Assembly (NCBI RefSeq): GCF_009914755.1 | Contig: NC_060940.1 | DNA from: the human T2T-CHM13v2.0 reference genome, Homo sapiens | Direction: 5' to 3' (one strand) | DNA length: 64,000 nt | Part shown: in pieces, positions 30,801 through 44,431 of the stretch | How the letters are laid out: each line of letters begins with the position of its first letter | How positions within the stretch are numbered: position 1 is the stretch's first letter | Made by a program: the position numbers and the translations under genes | Notes under the pieces: model-generated | The model's input: the letters and a program-made list of their open reading frames with translations, nothing else | What the model was told of the DNA's origin: nothing | Database searches by the model: none

Positions 30801-33800
30801 GATTCCATTCAATTCCATTCGATGATGATTCCATTCCAGTCCATATGATCATTCCATTTGATTTCATTCGATGATGATTCCATTCGATTCCATTCGATGA
30901 TTCCATTCTATTCCATTCGATGATGATTCCATTCGAGTCCATTCGATGATTCCATTCGAGTCCATTTAATGATTCCATTGGGTTCAATTCAATGATGATT
31001 ACATTGGATTCCGTTCTATGATTCCATTCAATTCCGTTCATTGACAATTTGATTCCATTCGATGATGATTCCATTTGAGTTCATTCGATGATTCTATTCG
31101 ATTCTCTTCGATGGTGATTCAATTCTATTATATTGGATGATTCCATTCGATTCCATTTGATGTTGATTCAATTCGATTCTATTCGATGATGATTCCATTG
31201 GATTTCACTTGATGATTCTATTCGATTCCATTCAATTATGATTCACTTCTCGTCCATTGGATGATTCCATTTCATTCCATTCGATGATGATTCCATTCGA
31301 TTCCATTCGATGATTCCATTTGATTCCATGCGTCGGTGAGCAATTCGATTCAATTCCATGATGATTCTATTTGATTCAATTAGATGATGTTTCCATTCGA
31401 ATCCATTCCATGATTATTCCATTGGAATCCATTCGGCGATGATTCCATATGAGTCAATTCAATGATGATTCCATATGGGTCCGTTCGATGATAATTCCAT
31501 TTGATTTCATTCGGTGCTTCTATTCAATTCCAGTCGATGATGATTCCGTTGGAGTCCATACGATGATTCCATTTGATTTCATTTGATGATGATTCCATTC
31601 GATGATGATTACATTGGATTCCATTCTATGATTCCATTCAATTCCATTCGTTGATGATTCGATTCCATTCAATGATGATTCCATTTGAGTTCATTCGATG
31701 ATTCTATTCGATTCCGTTCGATGGTGATTCAATTCTATTATATTGGATGATTCCACTCGATTCCATTTGATGATTATTCCATTGGAGTCCACTTAGTGAA
31801 TCCTTTAGATTTTACTCGAAGATGATTCCATTCGAGTCCATTCGATGATACCATTCAATTCCATTCGTTGATGCTTCCATTCAAGTGCATTCGATGATAT
31901 CATTCGATTCCATTTGATGATAATTCCATTTGATTCCATGCGATGATTCTATTCGATTCCATTCAATGATAATTCCATTCAATTCAGTGATTCCTCTGGA
32001 CTCCATTTGATGATGATTCCATTCAATGATTCCATTCGATTCTATTCGAAAATGATTCCATTTGAATCCATTTGATGATGATTCCATTAGATTCCATTTG
32101 ATGATTCCATTCGATTCCATTTGACGATGATTCCATTCGATTCCATTTGATGATTCCATTCTATTCTATTCGATGATGATTCCTTTCGATTCCATTCGAT
32201 GATGATTGGATTCGATTCCATTTGATGATTTCATTTGATTCCATTCGTTAATGATTTCGATCAATTCCATTCGATGATTCCATTCGATTCCATTCGATAA
32301 TGATTACATCCGAGTCCATTTGGTGATTCCATTTGAGCCTGTTCGATAATTCCATTTGAGTCCAACCAATGATTCCATTCATTTCCATTCAATGATTCCA
32401 TTCGAGTCCATTTGATCATTCCGGAATTGTCCATTCGATGTTGATTCCATTGGAGTGCATTCGATGATTCCATTCGAGTCCATTTTATGATTTGATTCGA
32501 GTCCTTTCGATGATTCCATTCGATTCCACTCGATGATGATTTCATTCGAGTCCATTCGACACTTCCAATCGATTCCACTTGATGTTTCCATTCGAGTCCA
32601 ATTGATGATTCCATTCAATTCCATTTGATGATGATTCCGTACGATTCCATTCTGTGATGATTCCATGTGATTGCATTCAATGATGATTCCTTTCGATTGC
32701 ATTCGATTATGATTCATTTCGTGTTCATTCTATGGTTCCACAGGTTTCCATTCGTGTCCATTCCATTATTCCATTCTATTCCATTTGATGATGATTCCAT
32801 TCGATTCCATTCATTGGTGATTCCACTCAATTCCATTCAATGATTCCATTCCATTTCTTTCAACAATGATTCCATTAGTTTCTAATCGATGATCCACTTG
32901 ATTCCATTTGATGACGATTCCATTCTTGTCCATTCGATGATTCCATTTGATTCCATATGATGATGATTCCATTCGATTCCATACGATGATGATTCCATTC
33001 GAGTCCATTCAATGGTGATTCCATTCAATTCCATTCGATGATTCCTTTTGATTCCATTCGATGATGATGGCATTCGATTCCTTTCAATCATTCCCTTTGA
33101 TTCCATTCAAAGGTGATTTCATTCAAGTCCATTCGATAATTGCATTCGATTCCATTCTATGATGATTCCATTCGAGTCCATTTGATGATTCCATTCAATT
33201 CAAGTCAATGATGATTCCATTCGATTCCATTCGATGATTCCATTGGATTCCATTCGATGATGATTCCATTCAAATCCATTCGATAATTCAATTCAAGTCC
33301 ATTCGATGATGATTAAAATCGAATCCATTCAAAGATTCCATTCAGTTCCATTCGATGATTCCCTTAGATTCCATTCAATGATTCCACTTGATTCCATTTA
33401 CGATGATTCCATTCGATTCCATGTGATGATTCCATTCAATTCTATTCAATGCTGTTTCCATTTGATTCCATTCGACCATGATTGCCTTTGATTCCATTCA
33501 ATGACTCCATTCGGTTCCTTTTGATGATGATTCCGTTCGATTCCATTTCATTATTCCATTTGATTCCATTGGATGAGTCCATTCGATTACATTCGATGAT
33601 TATTCCATTCGAGTGCATTAGATGATTCCATTCGAGTCCATTCGATGATTCCATTCGATTCCATTCGATGTTGATTCTGTTCAAATCCATTCGATGATTC
33701 CACTCGATTCCATTCGATGACTCCAGTTGATCCCATTCGATGATTTCCTTTGATTCCCTTTGATGATCATTCCATTTGATTCAATTCGGTGATTTCATTT

Positions 33801-33808
33801 GATTCCAT
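27900..33808 (+). repeat. Higher-order unit 5 (type A, 5909 bp; consensus minus 23, 170 and 10 bp)
   Basis: Deletions at ~28351, ~29075 and ~29785; 5909+203=6112. Same structure as unit 10. Confidence 0.9.
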
Positions 33809-36800
33809 TCAGTGATGTTTCCATTCGACTCCATTCGATGATGATTCCATTCGACTCCATTCGATTATGATTTCATTCAATTCCATTCGATAATGATTCC
33901 CTTCGAGTCCATTCGATGATTCCATTCGATTCCATTCAACGATGATTTGATTCGTGTCCATTCGATGATTCCATTTGATTCCACTTGATGATGATTCCAT
34001 TCGAGTCCATTTGATGATTCCATTCAATTCCATTCTCCGATGATTTCTTTTGAGCCCATTCAATGCTTCCACTCGATTCCATATGATGATGACTCCATTC
34101 GATGAAATTCGATGATGATTCCATTCGCTTGCATTCGATGATGATTCCACTTGAGTCCATTAGAAGATTCTATTCAATTACATTCCATGACGATTCCGTT
34201 CGAGTCCATTTGATGATTCCATTAGACTCCATTCGACGATGATTCCATTCGATGTTATTCGATGATTCCATTCGATCTCATTCGATGATGATTCCATTCA
34301 ACTCCATTCGATGTTTCCATTCGAGTTCATTCTATTATTCCATTAGATTCCATTCGATGATGATTCCATTCGATTCCATTTGATGATTGCATTCTATTTC
34401 ATTTGATGATGATTCCATTCGAGTCCACTCGATGATTCCATTCGAGTCCATTTAATGAATCCATTGGTTTCAATTCTATGATGATTACATTGGATTACAT
34501 TCGTTGATGACTTCATTCGGTTCCATTCAATGATGATTCCATTCAATTCCTTTCAATGTTTCCATTCAATTCCATACGATGATGATTCCATTTGATTTGA
34601 TTCGACAGTGAGCCATTCGATTCAATTCCATGATGATTCTATTTGATTCAATTGGTTGACATTTCCATTCGATTCCATTCGATGATGATTCCCTTTGATT
34701 CCATTCAAAGATGATTCCATTCTAGCCCATTCAATCATTCCATTCGATTCTATTCAATGATGATTCCATTCATGTCGATTTGGTGATTCCATTTGACTTC
34801 ATTTGATGATGATTCCTTTCAAGTTCATTAGATGATTCCATTCGATTCCATTTGATGATGATCCCATTCGAGTCCATTCAGTGATTCCACTCGTTTCCAT
34901 TCCATGATGATTCCATTCCATTCCATTCAATGATTCCATTCGATTCCGTTTGATGATGATTTCATTCGAGTCCATTTGATGATTCCATTTGATTCCATTC
35001 CATGATGATTCCATTCGAGTCCATTCGATGATTCTATTCGAATCCATTTGATGATTTCTTTTGATTATAGTTGGTGATGATTCCTTTGGAGTCCATTCAA
35101 TGATTCCATTCGATTCCAATCGATGGTGATTCCATTAGAGTCCATTTAATGATTCCATTTGATTCCAGTCTCTGATGATTACATTCGAGTCCATACGATG
35201 ATTCCACTCAATTCCATATGATGATGATTCCATTCGATTCCATTCGATGATTCCATTCTATTCTATTCAATGGTGATTCCATTCGAGTACATTAGATGAT
35301 TCCATTCGATTCCATTCAATGATGATTCTATTTGTGTCCCTTAGATGATTCCACATGATTCCATTAGATGATGATACTATTTGAGCCCATCCAATGATTC
35401 CCTTCAATTCCATTCGATGAGGATTCCATTCGATTCAATTCATTGGTGATTCTATTCAATTCAATTCTTTGATTCCATTCCATTCCATTCGACAATGATT
35501 CCATTCGATTTCTTTCGATGATTCCACTCGATTCCACTTGACATTGATTCCCTTCGATTCCATTCAATGATTCCATTTGATTCCAGTGGATGATGATTGC
35601 CATCGATTCCATTCGATCACTCCATTCTATTCCATTTGATGATGATTACATTCGATTCCATTTGACGATTCCATCTGATTCTATTCGAGGATTCCATTTG
35701 ATTCCATTCGATGATGATTCCATTCGAGTCCATTCGATGATTTCATTCGAGTACATCCAATGATTCCATTCGAGTCCATTTGATGATTCCATTTGATTCC
35801 ATTTCATAATGATTCTACTAGAGTCCATTCAATGACTCCATTGGAGTCCATTCAACACTTCCATTCGACTCCATTTGATGATTCCATTCGATTCCATTTG
35901 ATGATTCCATTCGAGTCCATTTAATCATTACAGTCAAGTCCATTTGGTGATTCCACTGGATTTCTTTAGATAATGATACCATTCAATTACATTTGATGAT
36001 GATCCCATTCAATTTCATTTGATGATGATTCCATTAGAGTCCATTCGATGATTTCTTTCGAGTCCCTTCATTGATTCCATCCGATTTCATTGGATGATGA
36101 CTCCATTCGAGTCCATTCGATGATTCCACTCGATTCCATTAGATGATTCCATTGGAGTCCATTTGATTGTTCCATTCGATTCCATTCGATTCCTTTCGAA
36201 GATTATTCCATTTGAGTCCATTCGATGATGATTCCATTCCATTCCATTCGATGATTCCGTTTGATTCCATTCGATGAATCCCTTCGATTCCTTTCTTTGA
36301 TGATTCCATTCCATTCCATTCAATGATTCCATTCGAATCTATTCCGTGATGATTCCTTTCGATTCCATTCGCTGATGTTTCCTTTCAATTCCATTCGATG
36401 ATGATTCCATTTGATTCCATTCATTGAGGATTCCATTTGATTCCATTCAATGATGTTTCCGTTCTATTCCATTCAATGATTGCATTCAATTCCATTCAAT
36501 GATTATCCCCTTAGAGTAAACTCAACGATTCCATTCAATACCATTCGATGATGATTCCTTTTGAGTCCATTCAATGATTTCATTCAAGTCCATTTGATGA
36601 TTCCTTTCAATTCCATTCTATGATGATTCCATTCGAGTCCATTCGATGATTCCATTCGATTGCATTCGATGATTCCATTATATTCCAGTCAACGATGATT
36701 CCATTCGAGTCCATTCGATGATTCCATTAGAGTACATTTAATGATTGCTTTGTTTTCAATTCGAAGATGATTACATTCGATTCCATTCTATGATACCATT

Positions 36801-39800
36801 CGATTCCATTCAATGATGATTCCACTCAAATCCATTGGATGATTCCATTCGTGTCCATTCGGTGATTTCATTAGATTCCATTCGAGGATGATTCCATTCG
36901 ATTCCATTCGATGATTCCATTCAATTCCATTCGATGATGATTCCATTCCAGTCCATATGATCATTCCATTTGATTTCATTCGATGATGATTCCATTCGAT
37001 TCCATTCGATGATTCCATTCTATTCCATTCGATGATGATTCCATTCGAGTCCATTCGATGATTCCATTCGAGTCCATTTAATGATTCCATTGGGTTCAAT
37101 TCAATGATGATTACATTGGATTCCGTTCTATGATTCCATTCAATTCCGTTCATTGACAATTTGATTCCATTCGATGATGATTCCATTTGAGTTCATTCGA
37201 TGATTCTATTCGATTCTCTTCGATGGTGATTCAATTCTATTATATTGGATGATTCCATTCGATTCCATTTGATGTTGATTCAATTCGATTCTATTCGATG
37301 ATGATTCCATTGGATTTCACTTGATGATTCTATTCGATTCCATTCAATGATGATTCACTTCTCGTCCATTGGATGATTCCATTTCATTCCATTCGATGAT
37401 GATTCCATTCGATTCCATTCGATGATTCCATTTGATTCCATGCGACGGTGAGCAATTCGATTCAATTCCATGATGATTCTATTTGATTCAATTAGATGAT
37501 GTTTCCATTCGAATCCATTCCACGATTATTCCATTGGAATCCATTTGGCGATGATTCCATATGAGTCAATTCAATGATGATTCCATATGGGTCCGTTCGA
37601 TGATAATTCCATTTGATTTCATTCAATGCTTCTATTCTATTCCAGTCGATGATGATTCCGTTGGAGTCCATACGATGATTCCATTTGATTTCATTTGATG
37701 ATGATTCCATTCGATGATGATTACATTGGATTCCATTCAATGATTCCATTCAATTCCATTCGTTGATGATTCGATTCCATTCAATGATGATTCACTTCTC
37801 GTCCATTGGATGATTCCATTTCATTCCATTCGATGATGATTCCATTCGATTCCATTCGATGATTCCATTTGATTCCATGCGACGGTGAGCAATTCGATTC
37901 AATTCCATGATGATTCTATTTGATTCAATTAGATGATGTTTCCATTCGAATCCATTCCACGATTATTCCATTGGAATCCATTTGGCGATGATTCCATATG
38001 AGTCAATTCAATGATGATTCCATATGGGTCCGTTCGATGATAATTCCATTTGATTTCATTCAATGCTTCTATTCTATTCCAGTCGATGATGATTCCGTTG
38101 GAGTCCATACGATGATTCCATTTGATTTCATTTGATGATGATTCCATTCGATGATGATTACATTGGATTCCATTCAATGATTCCATTCAATTCCATTCGT
38201 TGATGATTCGATTCCATTCAATGATGATTCCATTTGAGTTCATTCGATGATTCTATTCGATTCCGTTCGATGGGGATTCAATTCTCTTATATTGGATGAT
38301 TCCACTCGATTCCATTTGATGATTATTCCATTGGAGTCCACTTAGTGAATCCTTTAGATTCTACTCGAAGATGATTCCATTCGAGTCCATTCAATGATAC
38401 CATTCAATTTCATTCGTTGATGCTTCCATTCAAGTGCATTCGATGATATCATTCGATTCCATTTGATGATAATTCCATTTGATTCCATGCGATGATTCTA
38501 TTCGATTCCATTCAATGATAATTCCATTCAATTCAGTGATTCCTCTGGACTCCATTTGATGATTATTCCATTCAATGATTCCATTCGATTCTATTCCAAA
38601 ATGATTCCATTTGAATCCATTTGATGATGATTCCATTAGATTCCATTTGATGATTCCATTCGATTCCATTTGACGATGATTCCATTCGATTCCATTTGAT
38701 GATTCCATTCTATTCTATTCGATTATGATTCCATTCGATTCCATTTGATGATGATTGGATTCGATTCCATTTGATGATTTCATTTGATTCCATTCGTTAA
38801 TGATTTCGATCAACTCCATTCGATGATTCCATTTGATTCCATTCGATAATGATTACATCCGAGTCCATTCGATGATTCCATTTGAGCCCGTTCGATAATT
38901 CCATTTGAGTCCAATCAATGATTCCATTCATTTCCATTCAATGATTCCATTCGAGTCCATTTGATCATTCTGGTAGGGTCCGTTCGATGTTGATTCCATT
39001 GGAGTGCATTCGATGATTCCATTCGAGTCCATTTTATGATTTGATTCGAGTCCTTTCGATGATTCCATTCGATTCCACTCGATGATGATTTCATTCGAGT
39101 CCATTCGACACTTCCAATCGATTCCATTTGATGTTTCCATTCGAGTCCAATTGATGATTCCATTCAATTCCATTCGATGATGATTCCGTACGATTCCATT
39201 CTGTGATGATTCCATGTGATTGCATTCAATGATGATTCCTTTCAATTGCATTCGATTATGATTCATTTCGTGTTCATTCTATGGTTCCACAGGTTTCCAT
39301 TCGATGACGTTTCCGTTCGTGTCCATTCCATTATTCCATTCTATTTCATTTGATGATGATTCCATTCGATTCCATTCATTGGTGATTCCACTCAATTCCA
39401 TTCAATGATTCCATTCCATTTCTTTCAACAATGATTCCATTACTTTCTATTCGATGATCCACTTGATTCCATTTGGCGATGATTCCATTCGTGTCCATTC
39501 GATGATTCCATTTGATTCCATATGATGATGATTCCATTCGATTCCATACCATGATGATTCCATTCGAGTCCATTCAATGGTGATTCCATTCAATTCCATT
39601 CGATGATTCCTTCCGATTCCATTCGATGATGATGGCATTCGATTCCTTTCAATCATTCCCTTTGATTCCATTCAAAGGTGATTTCATTCAAGTCCATTCG
39701 ATAATTGCATTCGATTCCATTCTATGATGATTCCATTCGAGTCCATTTGATGATTCCATTCAATTCAAGTCAATGATGATTCCATTCGATTCCACTCGAT

Positions 39801-40376
39801 GATTCCATTGGATTCCATTCGATGATGATTCCATTCAAATCCATTCGATAATTCAATTCAAGTCCATTCGATGATGATTCCAATCGAATCCATTCAAAGA
39901 TTCCATTCAATTCCATTCGATGATGATTCCCTTAGATTCCATTCGATGATTCCACTTGATTCCATTTACGATGATTCCATTCGATTCCATGTGATGAATC
40001 CATTCAATTCTATTCAATGATGTTTCCATTTGATTCCATTGGACCATGATTGCCTTTGATTCCATTCAATGATTCCATTCGGTTCCATTTGATGATGATT
40101 CCGTTCGATTCCATTTCATTATTCCATTTGATTCCATTGGATGAGTCCATTCGATTACATTCGATGATTATTCCATTCGAGTGCATTAGATGATTGCATT
40201 CGAGTCCATTCGATGATTCCATTCGATTCCATTCGATGTTGATTCTGTTCAAATCCATTCGATGATTCCACTCGATTCCATTCGATGACTCCATTTGATC
40301 CCATTCGATGATTTCCTGTGATTCCCTTTGATGATCATTCTATTTGATTCAATTCGGTGATTTCATTTCATTCCAT
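33809..40376 (+). repeat. Higher-order unit 6 (type B with 437-bp duplication, 6568 bp)
   Basis: 6112+437+16+3=6568. Landmarks at 33809 and 40377. Confidence 0.9.
37332..38205 (+). repeat. 437-bp direct tandem duplication
   Basis: Identical 85-aa pseudo-ORFs at 37492 and 37929 (offset 437). Rare markers CACTTCTCGTCC, GCGACGGTGAGC and TATGGGTCCGTT each occur twice. Confidence 0.93.
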
Positions 40377-43300
40377 TCAGTGATGTTTCCATTCGACTGT
40401 ATTCGATGATGATTCCATTCGACTCCATTCGATTATGATTTCATTCAATTCCATTCAATAATGATTCCCTTCGAGTCCATTCGATGATTCCATTCGATTC
40501 CATTCAACGATGATTTGATTCGTTTCCATTCGATGATTCCATTTGATTCCACTTGATGATGATTCCATTCGAGTCCATTTGATGATTCCATTCGAGTCTA
40601 TTTATGTATTATATTCGTGTCCACTTCATGATTCCATTCAATTCCATTTAATGTTGATTCCATTTGATTCCATTTGATGATTCAGTTCGATTCCTTGCAA
40701 TGATTCCCTACGATTCCTTTCTATGATGATTCCATTCGATTCCATTCATTGATGATTTCATTCGACTCCATTCGATGATGATTCCTTTCGATTCCATTTG
40801 ACGATGTTTCCATTCGAGTCCATTCGATGATGATTCTATTCAATTCTGTTCTATTATGATTCCATTCGATTTCATTCAATGCTTCTATTTGATTCCATTC
40901 GATGATGATTCCATCTCTTTCCCTTCGATGATTCCATTTGATTCCATTCAGTGATGATTCCATTTGATTCCATCTGATGATGATTTCACTTGATTCCTTT
41001 CAATGATGATTCAATTCAAGTCCATTCGATGATTCCATTGGAGTCCAAACGATCATTCCGTTCGATTCCATTCAATGGTGATTCCATTCATGTCCATTCG
41101 ATGAATCCATTCAATTCCATTCGATGATGACTCCATTCGAGTACATTCGATGATTCCATTTGATTCCATTGGAAGATGATTCCATTCAATTCCATTCGAA
41201 GATGATTCCATTCAATTCCATTCGATGATGATTCCGTATGAATCCATTCTCTGATTATTCCATTCGATTCCATTCATTGACGATTCCATTCAATTCCATT
41301 CAATGATGATTCTCTTCTATTCCATTCGATGATTCCGGTCGATTCCATTCGATGATGATTCCATTAGATTCCATTCGATTGTTGCATTCGATTCCCTTCG
41401 ATGATGATTCCTTTGAATTCCATTCGATTATCATTCCGTATGAATCCATTTGATGATTATTCCATTGGATTCCTTTCGATGATGATTCCATTCGATTCCA
41501 TTTGATGATGTTTCTCTTGTATTCCATTGGATAATTCCTTTCCGTTCCCTTCGATGATTATTCTTTCGAGTCAATTCGATGATTCTATTCCATTCCCTTC
41601 GATGATGATTCCATTTCACTCCATTTGATGATTCCATTCGACTCAATTTGGTGATGATTCAATTCGATGACATTCGATGACTCCATTCAATTTCATTTGA
41701 TGATGATTACATTCGAGTCCATTTGATGATTGTATTCCTTTCCTTTTGATGATTATTCCATTCGTGTCTATTCAAAGGTTCCATTCTATTCCATTCAATG
41801 ATGATTGCATTTGATTCCATTCAATGATTATGGCTATCGATTCCACTCGTTGATTCCATTTGATTCCGTTCGATGATTATTCCGTTAGATTCCATTAGAA
41901 GATTCCATTCGATTTTATTCAATGATTCCAATGGATTCCATTCAATGATGATTCCATTCGACTCCATTCAGTGATTCCATTCGAGTCCATTTGATGATTC
42001 TATTCTTTTCCATTTGATGATGATTCCATTAGGGTCCATTCAATGATTCCATTCGAGTCCATTCGTTAATGCCTTTCGAGTCCTTTTGATCACTACATTC
42101 GAGTCCATTCAATGATTCTATTCGATTCCATTCCATGATGATTCCATTCGAGTTCATTCGATGATTGCATTTGAGTCCATTTGATGATTCCATATGATTC
42201 CATTCGACAATGATTCCATTCGTGTCCATTTGATGATTCCATTCATTTCCTATCGATGAAGATTCCATTCAAGTGTATTCGATGATTCCATTCAAATCCA
42301 TTCGATGATGATTCCATTCCAGTCCATTCGATCATTCCACTTGATTCCATTTGATGACTATTCCATTCAAATCCATTTGATGATTCCATTCGATTCCATT
42401 CGATGTTACCATTCCAGTATATACGATGATTCCACTCGATTCCATTTGATGATTATTCCATTGGAGTCCACTTAGTGAATCCTTTAGATTCTACTCGAAG
42501 ATGATTCCATTCGAGTCCATTCGATGATACCATTCAATTCCATTCGTTGATGCTTCCATTCAAGTGCATTCGATGATATCATTCGATTCCATTTGATGAT
42601 AATTCCATTTGATTCCATGCGATGATTCTATTCGATTCCATTCAATGATAATTCCATTCAATTCAGTGATTCCTCTGGACTCCATTTGATGATGATTCCA
42701 TTCAATGATTCCATTCGATTCTATTCGAAAATGATTCCATTTGAATCCATTTGATGATGATTCCATTGGATTCAATTTGATGATTCCATTCGATTCCATT
42801 CGATGATGATTCCATTCGATTCCTTTTGATGAATCCATTCTATTGTATTCGATGATGATTCCATTCGATTCCATTCGATGATGATTGGATTCGATTCCAT
42901 TTGATGATTTCATTTGATTCCATTCGATAATGATTTCGATCAATTTCATTCGATGATTCCATTCGATTCCATTCGATAATGATTACATCCGAGTCCATTC
43001 GATGATTCCATTTGAGCCCGTTCGATAATTCCATTTGAGTCCAATCAATGATTCCATTCATTTCCATTCAATGATTCCATTCGAGTCCATTTGATCATTC
43101 CGGTAGGGTCCGTTCGATGTTGATTCCATTGGAGTGCATTCGATGATTCCATTCGAGTCCATTTTAGGATTTGATTCGAGTCCTTTCGATGATTCCATTC
43201 GATTCCACTCGATGATTTCATTCGAGTCCATTCGACACTTCCAATCGATTCCATTTGATGTTTCCATTCGATTCCAATTGATGATTCCATTCAATTCCAT

Positions 43301-44431
43301 TCGATGATGATTCCGTACGATTCCATTCTGTGATGATTCCATGTGATTGCATTCAATGATGATTCCTTTCGATTGCATTCGATTATGATTCATTTCGTGT
43401 TCATTCTATGGTTCCACAGGTTTCCATTCGATGATGTTTCCATTCGTGTCCATTCCATTATTCCATTCTATTCCATTTGAAGATGATTCCATTCGATTCC
43501 ATTCATTGGTGATTCCACTCAATTCCATTCAATGATTCCATTCCATTTCTTTCAACAATGATTCCATTAGTTTCTATTCGATGATCCACTTGATTCCATT
43601 TGACGATGATTCCATTCGTGTCCATTCGATGATTCCATTTGATTCCATATGATGATGATTCCATTCGATTCCATACGATGATGATTCCATTCGAGTCCAT
43701 TCAATGGTGATTCCATTCAATTCCATTCGATGATTCCTTTCGATTCCATTCAATGATGATGGCATTCGATTCCTTTCGATCATTCCCTTTGATTCCATTC
43801 AAAGGTGATTTCATTCAAGTGCATTCGATAATTGCATTCGATTCCATTCTATGATGATTCCATTCGAGTCCATTTGATGATTCCATTCAATTCAAGTCAA
43901 TGATGATTCCATTCGATTCCACTCGATGATTCCATTGGATTCCATTCGATGATGATTCCATTCAAATCCATTCGATAATTCAATTCAAGTCCATTCGATG
44001 ATGATTCCAATCGAATCCATTCAAAGATTCCACTCAATTCCATTCGATGATGATTCCCTTAGATTCCATTCGATGATTCCACTTGATTCCATTTACGATG
44101 ATTCCATTCGATTCCATGTGATGATTCCATTCAATTCTATTCAATGATGTTTCCACTTGATTCCATTCGAACATGATTGCCTTTGATTCCATTCAATGAT
44201 TCCATACGGTTCCATTTGATGATGATTCCATTCGAGTGCATTAGATGATTCCATTCGAGTCCATTCGATGATTCCATTCGATTCCATTCGATGTTGATTC
44301 TGTTCAAATCCATTCGATGATTCCACTCGATTCCATTCGATGACTCCATTTGATCCCATTCGATGATTTCCTTTGATTCCCTTTGATGATCATTCCATTT
44401 GATTCAATTCGGTGATTTCATTTGATTCCAT
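40377..44431 (+). repeat. Higher-order unit 7 (type C, short 4055-bp variant)
   Basis: Standard head 40377-40593, a type-C-specific ~156 bp, a ~1.67-kb block homologous to 6202-7921, then the standard tail (2007 bp) with a 72-bp deletion at ~44225. Confidence 0.88.

Noticed and set aside
40594-40625. TATA-like AT-rich patch as a possible promoter
   Set aside because: It is explainable as a mutated satellite monomer, with no other promoter evidence in the sequence.
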